Virus record (IMG/VR): IMGVR_UViG_3300045118_000047
Location: 6,779-70,778 of that record
DNA: 64,000 nt
Source: a virus
Reading direction: 5' to 3' (one strand)
Both the position numbers and the translations under genes were made by a program. Of the stretch, positions 47,911-57,545 are shown piece after piece. Within the stretch, counting starts at the first letter, position 1; each line of letters begins with the position of its first letter. Under the pieces are notes generated by a model, which saw only the letters and a program-made list of their open reading frames with translations, was not told the DNA's origin and did not search any database.

Positions 47911-47947
47911 AAGGCCGGACGCCGAAAGGTGCCCGGCTTTTTGTTTT
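47911..47947 (+). terminator. intrinsic terminator
   Basis: GCCGG..GCC-GAAA-GGT..CCGGC hairpin plus T-tract. Confidence 0.75.
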
Positions 47948-47961
47948 GAGAAAGGAGTCGT

Positions 47962-48609
47962 ATGAAGCCAGTTTTGAAGCCGAACATTATGGTCTCACAG
48001 GACGAAGTAGACTTGGTAATCGGAGAGCTTGACCGGGTACTCAGGCTGGGCCTGCCGGGAGACGTGGTAGAGTTCGGGTGTAATGTGGGGAATACGTCGG
48101 TGTTCTTACAGGATGCGTTGCAGCGGAATGGAAGCCAGAAAAAGCTGGTGTGCATTGACTCGTTTCAGGGGTTCCCGGAGACGGAGTCGATTGACGAAGA
48201 CTGCTTCAAGAAGGGTGGTCTGGCAGTACAGCAGGCAGAGCTGCTGGGTCATTTCGACGAGTTTCAGCTTCCGCATCCCGTGGTCGTACAGTCGTGGATC
48301 GAAGAGCTTCGAGCGAAGGATTTGCCGGATGAGATTTGCTTCGCGTTTGTAGACTGTGACATCTACAAACCGGCAAAGTGGGCATTCGGATTGGCGTGGA
48401 TCAGGATGCCGGTAGGCGGGTCGGTTGTGTTTCACGACATCTGGGCGAAGGGAATCCAGCGGGCGATCTGGGAAGGTCGTCAAGGGATGTCGCGGGAAGA
48501 GATTGCATGTTGTCACAGGTCGTACATTGTCAGGAAGGTGGATTCGGTGCCCGTGGTGGGCAAAATTGGCGGCGATAATGCCGCACTTCAGGAAGGGGTG
48601 AGACAGTGA
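47962..48609 (+). CDS. TylF/MycF-family O-methyltransferase
   Basis: PGDVVEFGC..G, DSFQGFP, FAFVDCDIY, VVFHD. Confidence 0.85.
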   Translation: MKPVLKPNIMVSQDEVDLVIGELDRVLRLGLPGDVVEFGCNVGNTSVFLQDALQRNGSQKKLVCIDSFQGFPETESIDEDCFKKGGLAVQQAELLGHFDEFQLPHPVVVQSWIEELRAKDLPDEICFAFVDCDIYKPAKWAFGLAWIRMPVGGSVVFHDIWAKGIQRAIWEGRQGMSREEIACCHRSYIVRKVDSVPVVGKIGGDNAALQEGVRQ

Positions 48610-50363
48610 GTACGTTCAAGACGGTAGCACGGCAGAAGTCGGCGGCTGCATTGCAGCCGAGTCATGCTCCGAACGCATCGGTCAACCGGGCGGGCGGAGT
48701 GGCATTCGAGATTAGCGATCCATCACTGAAGCTCCTGACCATGACAGGCGGGGCTTTCTTTGCGGAGCCGAAGTTCTACAACGGCGACCAGTGTGTGCCG
48801 AAGCGTGGAACGGGCGGCAAGTTTGAAAAGCTGGCCGAGCGTCTGGAGATCGTGGGTGACAAGCTGAAGGGCGTTGTGTCTTGCGATGAGCTGGACGAGA
48901 CGGCTCGCGAAGTTGTGGCGACGGCTCTGGATGTGGCACGGGGCAATAACCCGGAAGACATTCTGGCGATTGCTAATTGGCTGCGTAACGAGATGAACAT
49001 CCGGCTGACGCCGCAGGTGTTGCTGGTGCTCGCTTCGCGGATGGACAACACGAAGTCTCTGGTGCGCAAGTACGCTCCGTGCATCGTGAAGCGCCCGGAC
49101 GAAGTGAAGAGCTGCCTGTTGATTCACCGGTTCTTCTTTGGGTTGAAGGACCTAAAGAACGGTCTGGCCAACGGTCTAGCCGACGCGCTGGGGAAGTTCG
49201 GGGAGCGGGGACTGATGAAGTACGACGATCCGGGATTCCCGACGTGGAAGGATGTGCTGTGCTGGCTGCCGCGTAAGGCGGGCTGGCCGCTGAAGGCGGA
49301 AGTGGCGCAGTATTTCATCACCGGGAAGATTGGTGATCCGGCGAAGGTTCCGGTCATCGCGGCCCGCAAGGAGCTGGTGAAGTGCAAGGCGTTTGACGCC
49401 GAAGCTCGCAAGCTGGCCCGTGCGTCAATGGTGAACTGGGAAGTTCTGCTTTCGCAGTTTGGCAACGACAAGCAGGCGGTCTGGGAGTTCTTGGTTCAGG
49501 AAGACTTGCTGGGTTACATGGCTATGCTGCGTAACCTTCGCAACATTCTGGAAGCCAAGGCTGGCCGGACGGTCATTCAGAAGGTGTCGGACAAGCTGTC
49601 CAACCACGATGAAGTCGTGAAGTCGAAGCAGCTCCCGTTCCGGTTCCTGTCGGCGCTGAAGGCGCTGGAGGGGATGCAGGGCGAGTTCGATCAGGCCGAC
49701 GTGTCTGAGCTGATGGCGGCTGTGGAGCTGGCTTCCAACGAAGCCTGTGCCAACATCCCGGTTCTGCCGGGGACAACAGTCATCTTCGCGGATGTGTCGC
49801 AGTCGATGCGCCGTAACAGGGTGTCGGACAAGTCAGAAGTCAACTGCGCGGATGCGGCAACGGTGCTGTGTGGTATCGTGGCCAAGGTCGCTGAGCGCCC
49901 GTATGTCGTGGCGTTCGGTTCGGATGTGGCTCCGGTGTTGTTCTCGAAGAACGACACGGTGCTGCGGATCGCCAAGCGGACGCTGGATGCGGACACTAAG
50001 GGGTGCTCAACCAACGGGCACAAGTGCGTGGAGTGGCTGATCCAGAAGAAGCTGGTGCCGGATCGTGTGGTCTTCCTGTCTGACATGCAGATGTGGAATG
50101 ACAACGATTCCAACGACGATCAGATTTGTCTTTCCGACGTGTGGGACAAGTACCTGAAGTCGGCGGCTGGCGCGAAGAATACGTGGGCGCACTGCGTCCA
50201 TGTCAACGGCTACGGCGACAACGTCGTCGAAGGGGACCGGATAAACATGGTTGCCGGGTTCTCGGAGAAGGTCGTGACGATGATGCTTCAGACGGAAGGC
50301 GTCATTGGCGGAAAGGCTCTGCCGACAGTGGAGCAGGTCCGTGAGAAGTGGACCGTGAAGTAA
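48606..50363 (+). CDS. TROVE-domain (Ro60-like) RNA-binding protein with vWA domain
   Basis: N.AGG.AF, RPDE, MAMLRNLRN, SKQLPFRFLSA, vWA DVSQSM and FLSDMQ, GFSEKV. Confidence 0.9.
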   Translation: MSTFKTVARQKSAAALQPSHAPNASVNRAGGVAFEISDPSLKLLTMTGGAFFAEPKFYNGDQCVPKRGTGGKFEKLAERLEIVGDKLKGVVSCDELDETAREVVATALDVARGNNPEDILAIANWLRNEMNIRLTPQVLLVLASRMDNTKSLVRKYAPCIVKRPDEVKSCLLIHRFFFGLKDLKNGLANGLADALGKFGERGLMKYDDPGFPTWKDVLCWLPRKAGWPLKAEVAQYFITGKIGDPAKVPVIAARKELVKCKAFDAEARKLARASMVNWEVLLSQFGNDKQAVWEFLVQEDLLGYMAMLRNLRNILEAKAGRTVIQKVSDKLSNHDEVVKSKQLPFRFLSALKALEGMQGEFDQADVSELMAAVELASNEACANIPVLPGTTVIFADVSQSMRRNRVSDKSEVNCADAATVLCGIVAKVAERPYVVAFGSDVAPVLFSKNDTVLRIAKRTLDADTKGCSTNGHKCVEWLIQKKLVPDRVVFLSDMQMWNDNDSNDDQICLSDVWDKYLKSAAGAKNTWAHCVHVNGYGDNVVEGDRINMVAGFSEKVVTMMLQTEGVIGGKALPTVEQVREKWTVK

Positions 50364-50392
50364 GGTCAGAAAAGACACAAAGTAGGTCGGGG

Positions 50393-50428
50393 AAAGGCTG
50401 GTTCCGAAAGGGGCCAGCCTTTTTCTTT
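50393..50428 (+). terminator. intrinsic terminator
   Basis: AGGCTGGTTCC-GAAA-GGGGCCAGCCT plus T-tract. Confidence 0.85.
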
Positions 50429-50432
50429 GTCG

Positions 50433-50451
50433 TAACAATTCTTTTATATTC
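50433..50451 (+). promoter_or_regulatory. putative late promoter TAACAATTCTTTTATATTC (about 10 copies in the window)
   Basis: Identical copies at 16371, 24793 and 61743; variants near 24408, 29360, 40841, 53316, 54021 and 60494. Confidence 0.75.
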
Positions 50452-50509
50452 TGACCATTAGTGATGGGTCATACAGGCTTTCACAGGCTTCAGACCAGAA
50501 GGAGTCGTT

Positions 50510-50749
50510 ATGGCATACAGGAAAAATCCAACGGATAAGAGCCAAAGCGAGATGGAAGCTGCGGCGAATGGTGAAGCGGGCATTACCGTTCAGGTTGATG
50601 GCGGTCAGAAGGTTGTTACCAAGGCAGTCGGGTCCGCGCCATATCGGACACAGCATGATTCTGCCGAAGGCGGACAGAGAGCCAATGCCGGTGTCGTGAT
50701 TCCATGCAGCGATCAGCCGAACACGTTCCCAACACCCGGAAAGGCGTAA
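50510..50749 (+). CDS. hypothetical protein
   Basis: RBS AGGAG after the late promoter. Confidence 0.6.
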   Translation: MAYRKNPTDKSQSEMEAAANGEAGITVQVDGGQKVVTKAVGSAPYRTQHDSAEGGQRANAGVVIPCSDQPNTFPTPGKA

Positions 50750-50752
50750 CAC

Positions 50753-50986
50753 GTGAATGACAAGCTGGTAGCAAATGAGCTTGTTTCTGTGGCTAGGGAT
50801 TTAGCGGCGATGGATGCCGATGTAGCGGCAGACCCGGATCGGGTGGAAGAGCTGGCTGCTAAGTTCCTTTCCCGGCTGGGTCCGGTAAAGTCAAGACAGC
50901 TTCGGACGTATGGGATTGAGCTGAAACCAAGTGATACGGTCGAATCCCTTGCGAAAGCATGGGCGACTGTGTTGTTGGCGATGTAG
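50753..50986 (+). CDS. hypothetical protein with tag
   Basis: KLVANELVSVARDLAAMD. Confidence 0.6.
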   Translation: MNDKLVANELVSVARDLAAMDADVAADPDRVEELAAKFLSRLGPVKSRQLRTYGIELKPSDTVESLAKAWATVLLAM

Positions 50987-51084
50987 GTTGGCCTGCGCCC
51001 AGAAAGGCCGGTACAGACAGCGAGTCTGGACTGTACTGGGGTTACTCCGTGAGTGACCCCGAAGGGCAGAAAACGGAGACAGTT

Positions 51085-51504
51085 ATGACAGCAACAGCAT
51101 CGGTAAGTTGGTGGCAGTATTCGGCGTGGGTGAAGAACATTGCTCGCAACTCTCGCATTACTGGTCCGATTACAACGCTGGCCATCGCAGAGTTGGCGGT
51201 GATTCGGACGTTTCTCAAGGTAATCTGGAACCCCACAACCCAGACCGGCACCCGAAGCTGGTTGGACCCGAAGTTTAGGGCCTTGGCGGTTACGGGAGAG
51301 TACACAGGGGACATCGACACAGAGCCTTCTTGGATTCTCATCAAGATGCTCAACATTGTCGGAAGAGACCTGAAGAAAACTCCGCCAACAGATGCGGAAG
51401 TGACGGCGATCAATACGTTGATGGCGGGTGTGTATCCTTGCAGACGATATGGAACGGGCGAGCTGTACGGTGGTACGCCCGGATCGACCGTGTCGATTCC
51501 GTAA
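51085..51504 (+). CDS. hypothetical protein
   Basis: RBS GGAG. Confidence 0.6.
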   Translation: MTATASVSWWQYSAWVKNIARNSRITGPITTLAIAELAVIRTFLKVIWNPTTQTGTRSWLDPKFRALAVTGEYTGDIDTEPSWILIKMLNIVGRDLKKTPPTDAEVTAINTLMAGVYPCRRYGTGELYGGTPGSTVSIP

Positions 51505-51513
51505 GGGAAGCTG

Positions 51514-51681
51514 ATGCGTGTTGCCTTGGATGACCAGCGGGAAGTGAATAATCTGCCCAAGCTACCCGATGAGCAAGGGCAAACCAGATCGCTTGTCATG
51601 GACGAAGCCAAGGCAGCACGTGAGCTTGTTGCCGTAGCGAAGATGTTGGTTGAAACACGCCCCATGCGCGGGCGCAAGTGA
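51514..51681 (+). CDS. 55-aa protein with tag (absent from the ORF track)
   Basis: MRVALDDQRE...AKAARELVAVAKMLVETRPMRGRK. Confidence 0.5.
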   Translation: MRVALDDQREVNNLPKLPDEQGQTRSLVMDEAKAARELVAVAKMLVETRPMRGRK

Positions 51682-51761
51682 AATGATTTCCGGCGTAGGC
51701 CGGGAAACAGGACCGGGTGTCCGGGACTGGAAGTATTAACGCAGTATGAACGGAGGTATGT

Positions 51762-52727
51762 ATGGGTACGCAGAACGAGAAGTGGGTTCTAACGGTCAAG
51801 GAAATGCACCTTGGCCACTGCAAGGAAACCTTCCGAGCAGGCGCAGTCATCGAGCTGGACGAAGCAAACGGACGGCTCATCATCGATGGTCGCAGGTTTC
51901 AAGATACTCGCGATCTTGATGTCTTGAAGCGGCAAGCCGCCGCCAATCCGAGAAACCCGTGGATTATTCCGTATTCGCCCGAAGCTCGTGAGCGGATAAT
52001 CGCGAGATACCGTCCGGTTGGCCAGTCTCGAAAAGTGGCTGGACCCAACAGCAGGATTCAAGACATCGAGCAGGATTCCGACCTGAATGAAGAAGAGCCT
52101 ACGGCTGGCGGGATGCCGGTGGTCCAGTCGGACGAAGACAGCCATCAGGTGATCGACATCAGCGATACCAAGGTTTCGCGAGTAAACGCGCAAGCCAAGG
52201 AAGCGGCCCGGCAAAAGAAGGGCGGGGCGATGGAAGTCATCCGTGGTGATGAGACTGTTGAAGAGCGGCTGGCCAACCTGAAGGGCAAAACAGATATGTC
52301 GTCCATCGCGGAACGGGCACGTTTGAAGGCGAGCGGTGCGGTAAAGATGGACGTGGTCCGGGATGACAGTTTGGGAGCCGGTTTCGGCGGGAAGAATCAT
52401 CCTTCCCTGAATGCCGGTCAGCCATTGCCGTCGCGAGAAGAAGCCGAAGCGAGAACGGCGGATGCTCAGGCGATAGCGGAAGCTCGCAAGAAGGAAGCCG
52501 AAATTCGTCGGCAGAAAGACGACGAAGCACCGGAAGCGGCTCCAGCCCCAGCACCGGAAGCACTGGAAGCGGCTCCAGCGCCGGAAGAGTCTGGCGACAT
52601 GGCGACACTCAGGGCTGAAAATGCTGAGCTGAAGGAGCGCATGGAGAAACTGGAGAAGATGCTGATTGCCCAGCAGGGTGCTCCGGCTCCACGGCGTGCC
52701 CGGAAGACCGAAGAAGCGAAGGCGTGA
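51762..52727 (+). CDS. hypothetical protein
   Basis: RBS GGAGG; C-terminal coiled coil. Confidence 0.7.
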   Translation: MGTQNEKWVLTVKEMHLGHCKETFRAGAVIELDEANGRLIIDGRRFQDTRDLDVLKRQAAANPRNPWIIPYSPEARERIIARYRPVGQSRKVAGPNSRIQDIEQDSDLNEEEPTAGGMPVVQSDEDSHQVIDISDTKVSRVNAQAKEAARQKKGGAMEVIRGDETVEERLANLKGKTDMSSIAERARLKASGAVKMDVVRDDSLGAGFGGKNHPSLNAGQPLPSREEAEARTADAQAIAEARKKEAEIRRQKDDEAPEAAPAPAPEALEAAPAPEESGDMATLRAENAELKERMEKLEKMLIAQQGAPAPRRARKTEEAKA

Positions 52728-52728
52728 T

Positions 52729-53031
52729 ATGCAGTTTCCATATCAGTGCCAGAAGTGCGAGAAGCGGTTCGACGCGGACTACCCGATTGGCAAAGCGCCA
52801 CGGGTAGTTCCGTGTCCTTCGTGTGGCGGCGATGGCAAGCGTATCTACGAAGGCATGAACGTGACTGTCAAGACCGACGGAGCGTTCCACCGCACCAGTA
52901 ATTTCGGCGAGCAGATGAAGCATCGCAATGAAAAGGCTGGCCAGCGGATGCGGGGTAAGAAGCCGGGCATGAGACTGGCGGCTTACGATTACGGACACGG
53001 AGACATTCGCGAAGTCAAACGACCGCGATGA
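52729..53031 (+). CDS. FmdB-family zinc-ribbon protein
   Basis: PYQCQKC...F...CPSCG...KRI. Confidence 0.75.
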   Translation: MQFPYQCQKCEKRFDADYPIGKAPRVVPCPSCGGDGKRIYEGMNVTVKTDGAFHRTSNFGEQMKHRNEKAGQRMRGKKPGMRLAAYDYGHGDIREVKRPR

Positions 53032-53049
53032 CGCAAGAAAGGGCAAAGT

Positions 53050-53301
53050 ATGGCTGAGACAAAGCTCTATAGGACATCGGACATCTACTTTGCCGCGTTT
53101 CTTTGCTCCATCGATTTCCCGTTGAAGACAACAGAGCAGGCCGGAACCCCGGATGGCGGCAGGAAGGTGGTGTTTGTTTTTGCACTGCCGGAAGCTGACA
53201 TTCCACGGGTGAAAGCTCTCTACTTCGGGGGGACAGGGACCGTCAAGGCGCGGGTTTTCGTGGACCATCTGAGAAGTTTAAAGTCCATGTGCTTCACCTG
53301 A
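53050..53301 (+). CDS. DUF5659-like small protein
   Basis: YRTSDIYFAAFL...KVVFVF. Confidence 0.55.
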   Translation: MAETKLYRTSDIYFAAFLCSIDFPLKTTEQAGTPDGGRKVVFVFALPEADIPRVKALYFGGTGTVKARVFVDHLRSLKSMCFT

Positions 53302-53359
53302 TTATGTGCTTTATGTAAGTATTCTTTGATATTCTACCCATTGGTGAAAGGGGTGGAGT

Positions 53360-54007
53360 ATGCAAAAGAAGTGCTCAAAGTGCGATCAGGTGAAGGACAT
53401 TGGTTGTTTTGGTAAGGATAGTAGCGCCAAGGATGGCAAGTTCTATTGGTGTAAGGAATGCGTCAAAAAGCATTCCAAGACATACTACAAGTCGCATCGA
53501 GAACAGTGCCAAGTCGCCAGTCTTCAAATCTACCATCGCAACGCTCAGGATGATGAGTTTCGTGATCGCCGGAATGCCCGTCAGCGGGTCTATTCCAAGG
53601 ACTACATAAGGCGTCCCAGAACTCGTCGTCTGGCAAGGAAGTGGACTCAGAAGTACCTGTCAAGGATCGAGACTCGTATTTCCCGCCGGTTGTCGTTTCA
53701 GGTGTGGTACTCTCTCCGGCTGGTGTTGGACCAGTCTCAGAAGAAGAACGGTCGGCACTGGCAGGATTTGGTGGGTTGGTCTGTCGAACAGTTGATGACG
53801 CATCTGGCATCGAAATTCCAGCCCGGCATGACGTGGCAGAACTACGGCGGGGATGTGGGCTGGCAGATCGACCATGTGGTGCCAAAGAGCTGGTTCAAGA
53901 TTCAGGCGATAGGCGATGAAGCGTTTCAAAGGTGCTGGGCCTTGGACAACCTGCAACCGCGATGGTTGAAGGACAACGCATCCAAGGGTGCTCGATTCTC
54001 AGGTTGA
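53360..54007 (+). CDS. HNH endonuclease with N-terminal Zn finger
   Basis: KKCSKC...CKEC; WQIDHVVP...NLQP.W..DN.SK. Confidence 0.8.
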   Translation: MQKKCSKCDQVKDIGCFGKDSSAKDGKFYWCKECVKKHSKTYYKSHREQCQVASLQIYHRNAQDDEFRDRRNARQRVYSKDYIRRPRTRRLARKWTQKYLSRIETRISRRLSFQVWYSLRLVLDQSQKKNGRHWQDLVGWSVEQLMTHLASKFQPGMTWQNYGGDVGWQIDHVVPKSWFKIQAIGDEAFQRCWALDNLQPRWLKDNASKGARFSG

Positions 54008-54061
54008 AACGGAGTGTGCGGATTCTTTTATACCCGGCGCTATAGTAGAAAGGTGTCGGGA

Positions 54062-54460
54062 ATGGATGTGAAAGACAGAACAGCGCGAATGGCCGCTCGT
54101 GTGGCCTTTTTTGTGTTGGCGGAAAGGCAGCCCGACGATGATCTCTTCGGTGCTGCCTTTGCTATTGTCAGGGAAAAAGCTCGGTCCTTCAAGGAGCAGC
54201 ATGAAGAAGCCGCTCTGGAATCCTTGAAGAAATCTTTGATAAACGATCTAAAGGGTAGAGACTACGAGATCGTTTCGGTCGAGATGGTGCTGGGAAAGTA
54301 TCGCGGGTCTCGGTTTGTGACATCGGCACGGGTGAAGGTCATAGCAAAGGACAAGAAGGATGCTTCATCTTTAGTGAAGCATCTCCAGCGGTATCACCCC
54401 AAGTATCACTTGCGGGCGTTTGACGCGGAAACGGGAGTAGCGGAGTACAATATCCGATGA
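54062..54460 (+). CDS. hypothetical protein with tag
   Basis: DRTARMAARVA. Confidence 0.6.
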   Translation: MDVKDRTARMAARVAFFVLAERQPDDDLFGAAFAIVREKARSFKEQHEEAALESLKKSLINDLKGRDYEIVSVEMVLGKYRGSRFVTSARVKVIAKDKKDASSLVKHLQRYHPKYHLRAFDAETGVAEYNIR

Positions 54461-54990
54461 ACAGGGATAAGGACCTACAGGATTTCAAGACTCTGCTTCG
54501 GCGTTTGGAGACAGAAGGAAGGAAGTTTGAAGACGGGGATGAGCTGACGCAGATGCTTTCGCCGGAGAAGTTCCCATTCAAGACCCGGCAGATCGTGAAG
54601 GAGATCGTCTTCATTGTGGAAGACCATCCTGAATTCGTGGATATGATTCCGGCGAAGTTGATGGATTTCTTTTCGGGCTACAAGATGAAGCGAGAAGCCA
54701 GAATCGCCGCCAAGGTTGCGATGGAGATCACTAAGGGTCTCGATGGCTTGAAGTATTCATGGCAGGCTGATTTCCCGGAAGTGACGCCGTGCTGCCGTTG
54801 CGGGTGTGAATCTCGGATTGCGTTTGTGGCCCACGAAGGATTGACGCCGGGAGACAACAATCAGTTCCCATTGTACGCGATGCGAGACAATGGCGGGCCG
54901 GGCGATCTGTGGCCACATGACCGGGTAGCTGTGGCGGTGTATTTCTGCCGTGGATGTCTGGAGACAACAGCTCTGTATAATCAAGCGTAG
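54457..54990 (+). CDS. two-module hypothetical protein
   Basis: REARIAAKVAM linker; CxxC motifs in the second module. Confidence 0.6.
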   Translation: MNRDKDLQDFKTLLRRLETEGRKFEDGDELTQMLSPEKFPFKTRQIVKEIVFIVEDHPEFVDMIPAKLMDFFSGYKMKREARIAAKVAMEITKGLDGLKYSWQADFPEVTPCCRCGCESRIAFVAHEGLTPGDNNQFPLYAMRDNGGPGDLWPHDRVAVAVYFCRGCLETTALYNQA

Positions 54991-55026
54991 GTGACATGAG
55001 AGAAGCTAATCAAGCGTAGGTGAACC

Positions 55027-55350
55027 ATGAGAGAAGCGATTATTGCGGAACGAATTGTGGAATCCTTTGGCACAGCCGTCATGGAAATGACCTTCCTGAA
55101 GATCAAGATTCCGTCGGGTCACATCTTCCATCAAACGGATTTCGATGTGGTGGACTTTGAAGACGAAGTCCGGGCGACCTGTCGGCGCTATGGCGGAAAA
55201 CTGGTGTCGGGATTCATTCATCAGGGTAGCTGGGAGATTATTTTGCAGTTCCCGGATGACGTGGACAAAACCAGAGTGGTTTCCGAAATCCGCCGGTTGC
55301 CGGAGTGGAAGCTGCCCTTACAGTATGGCGCGACGATAGACTGGGAGTAA
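55027..55350 (+). CDS. hypothetical protein
   Basis: MREAIIAERIVES. Confidence 0.55.
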   Translation: MREAIIAERIVESFGTAVMEMTFLKIKIPSGHIFHQTDFDVVDFEDEVRATCRRYGGKLVSGFIHQGSWEIILQFPDDVDKTRVVSEIRRLPEWKLPLQYGATIDWE

Positions 55351-55354
55351 GACA

Positions 55355-55987
55355 ATGAGACGTTTTGCCAAGATTGTGGATCGTGTTGTGGTTGGGAGTT
55401 CACATGTAGCTTACAATCCATTCCCGATGGACCGTGGGTTTTATGTGCCGAAAGATGTTCCCGTGGAGCAGGTCACTCCCGAAGGCACCGATCTGGACAT
55501 CCGAATCTACGAGAAAAACGGACAGCTCTTTGGAGTGGCGTTCGCGGGGAGAGCCAATAAGCCGTTATGGAACTATCGATTCCGGGACCGGGCACAGTTG
55601 GATCGGGAAATTGCCGAAGCGGTCGAGTCTCGCAAGAGCCACATGGATTACAGGAAGCAGCGCCAGCAGGAACGCCAACAGTTCAAGCATAGTTTCCAAG
55701 TGGGCGACATTCTGTATTCGTCTTGGGGCTACGATCAAACGAACATTGACTTCTATCAGGTGACGGCTGTTGGAGATAGGAGCATCAAGATTCGCGAGAT
55801 TGGACAGAAGACGGCGCGGCAAGAGACCGGAGCGGATTATGTGGTTGCTGTTCCAAACAGTTTTCAGGGAGCCGAAATGGTAAAGATGGTGCGTCCGGGT
55901 GATTCAGTTCGCATAAGTTCGTATGCGAGCGCATACAAGTGGGACGGTAAGCCAAAGTACCAGACGGCATTCGGGTATGGACACTAG
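55355..55987 (+). CDS. hypothetical phage protein (VGDILYSSWGYDQTNIDFYQV type)
   Basis: SH3-like motif recalled from phage and mobile-element proteins. Confidence 0.65.
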   Translation: MRRFAKIVDRVVVGSSHVAYNPFPMDRGFYVPKDVPVEQVTPEGTDLDIRIYEKNGQLFGVAFAGRANKPLWNYRFRDRAQLDREIAEAVESRKSHMDYRKQRQQERQQFKHSFQVGDILYSSWGYDQTNIDFYQVTAVGDRSIKIREIGQKTARQETGADYVVAVPNSFQGAEMVKMVRPGDSVRISSYASAYKWDGKPKYQTAFGYGH

Positions 55988-55996
55988 GAGACAGAG

Positions 55997-56893
55997 ATGA
56001 ACCCCATTGTGACATCGAACGTAGTGGCGAATCCGGCCTTTGTGACCATCAATATCTACTTCGATGACATCGAAGAGCTGGAGCAGTCTGAGTATCACAA
56101 GCTCTTACGGGATGCCAAGGAGATTATAGACGATCTGGTTAAGAAGGGCTACCGGCTTCTGGATAATGCCGGGCTTTACGGTTTGTGGCAAGCAACGCGA
56201 GTGATGGACAAGTCGCGAATGGTGACGGCGGGGTATGTTTTTCAGAAAAGGCTGACCGGATCACAACTGTCGAAGGTAGACCGCCTGATGGGTGGTATAA
56301 GCTCAGAGCTTGCAAGGCGGGTGTCTGTCTTGAAACGAAGCATTACGTCATCGAAAGGAGAAAGCGGTATGGACAGAACGGCAAAGATTGCGGAACGGAT
56401 TGCTGCCGACCGGCTGATGATGGCGGCAACAAAGAATCTCTCGGAGCTGACGGCCATTGCGCCGGAGTGGTATAAGAAGCGTGCTGAGTTCATGGAAGAG
56501 CAGGAAGCGGCTCAGCAGGAGTTCAATCGGAAGTGGGCCGAAGCGCACGCCGACCTTGAAAAAGGAACCACGGAGTTGCTGGCTGAGATCAAGAGTGAGC
56601 TGGTGAAATACTTCAAGCAGTCGGGGAAGGATGTTCGCCATGCGGACAGTACCGGCGGTCTGGTAGAAGTGTTCTTGGGGAGCAAGGATGGCGTGAAGCG
56701 GACCCAGAGCAAGGTGTCTGTCCACATCTCGCTGACATTTGAGAACGATGTCACAACCACGTGGATGCTGCGAAATGAACAACTGGATGATCGTCAGGGG
56801 TTGTTGTCTCCGACTGGAACCATTTCAAAGCTGATGGCCGAAGTTCGCCGGGCTGATAAGGCCGGGTTCTGGGACGAAGGGGAGATCGAATGA
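55997..56893 (+). CDS. two-module hypothetical protein
   Basis: RBS AGGAG; internal MDRTAKIAERIAAD. Confidence 0.6.
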   Translation: MNPIVTSNVVANPAFVTINIYFDDIEELEQSEYHKLLRDAKEIIDDLVKKGYRLLDNAGLYGLWQATRVMDKSRMVTAGYVFQKRLTGSQLSKVDRLMGGISSELARRVSVLKRSITSSKGESGMDRTAKIAERIAADRLMMAATKNLSELTAIAPEWYKKRAEFMEEQEAAQQEFNRKWAEAHADLEKGTTELLAEIKSELVKYFKQSGKDVRHADSTGGLVEVFLGSKDGVKRTQSKVSVHISLTFENDVTTTWMLRNEQLDDRQGLLSPTGTISKLMAEVRRADKAGFWDEGEIE

Positions 56894-57297
56894 GCAGACT
56901 TGCCCAAGAGCTGTTGCGTGTCGCCAAAGAGTTGATAGCGGAAGATGATCGGAAGCTGACGCCGATAGACGGGATGAACCGTCGTCAGGCGTGTCGGTTT
57001 GTGAACGCTATTCTGGCGCGGCATACAAAGGGCCTTTTCCGGGATGATTCATGGCAGCCCGTACAGGCGATCTGGAAGGAATTATCCGCAGAGGGGATAA
57101 CGTGGCAGTTGGAGAATGCGGAGTACCAGCATGATGCTCAGGGTCGGACCACGTCAAAGGTGTGGAAGTTTAAGGTGCTTTATCGGAATGACCGTGGCGT
57201 TTCGCCGACAATCCTGTACGGGGTGATAACGGCATCGGGAGCGGGGTCGGTGAGTGACCCACTGGAGAAATACGATCTTGTAGCGTATGTAAGTTAG
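56890..57297 (+). CDS. hypothetical protein with tag
   Basis: MSRLAQELLRVAKELIA. Confidence 0.65.
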   Translation: MSRLAQELLRVAKELIAEDDRKLTPIDGMNRRQACRFVNAILARHTKGLFRDDSWQPVQAIWKELSAEGITWQLENAEYQHDAQGRTTSKVWKFKVLYRNDRGVSPTILYGVITASGAGSVSDPLEKYDLVAYVS

Positions 57298-57305
57298 GAG
57301 ACGAC

Positions 57306-57545
57306 ATGAATAGATTGATGCTTGCGAAAGAACTGGTTGGAATGGCCAAGGAGTTGACTGCGCAACAGAAGCAGTTCAACACGCAGATGAATGTGGGCCG
57401 GGCTAAGTATGTGGTCAACCACCATGACGGAGAAAAGACGCATCCTGATGGAAGTCCATTCTTCGACATTGCGATTTTCAGCGACAAGAGATCGTTCGAG
57501 CGATTCGTGGCACAGTTGAAGAAGGATGGATACAAAGAGTCCTGA
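57306..57545 (+). CDS. hypothetical protein with tag
   Basis: LAKELVGMAKELTA. Confidence 0.65.
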   Translation: MNRLMLAKELVGMAKELTAQQKQFNTQMNVGRAKYVVNHHDGEKTHPDGSPFFDIAIFSDKRSFERFVAQLKKDGYKES

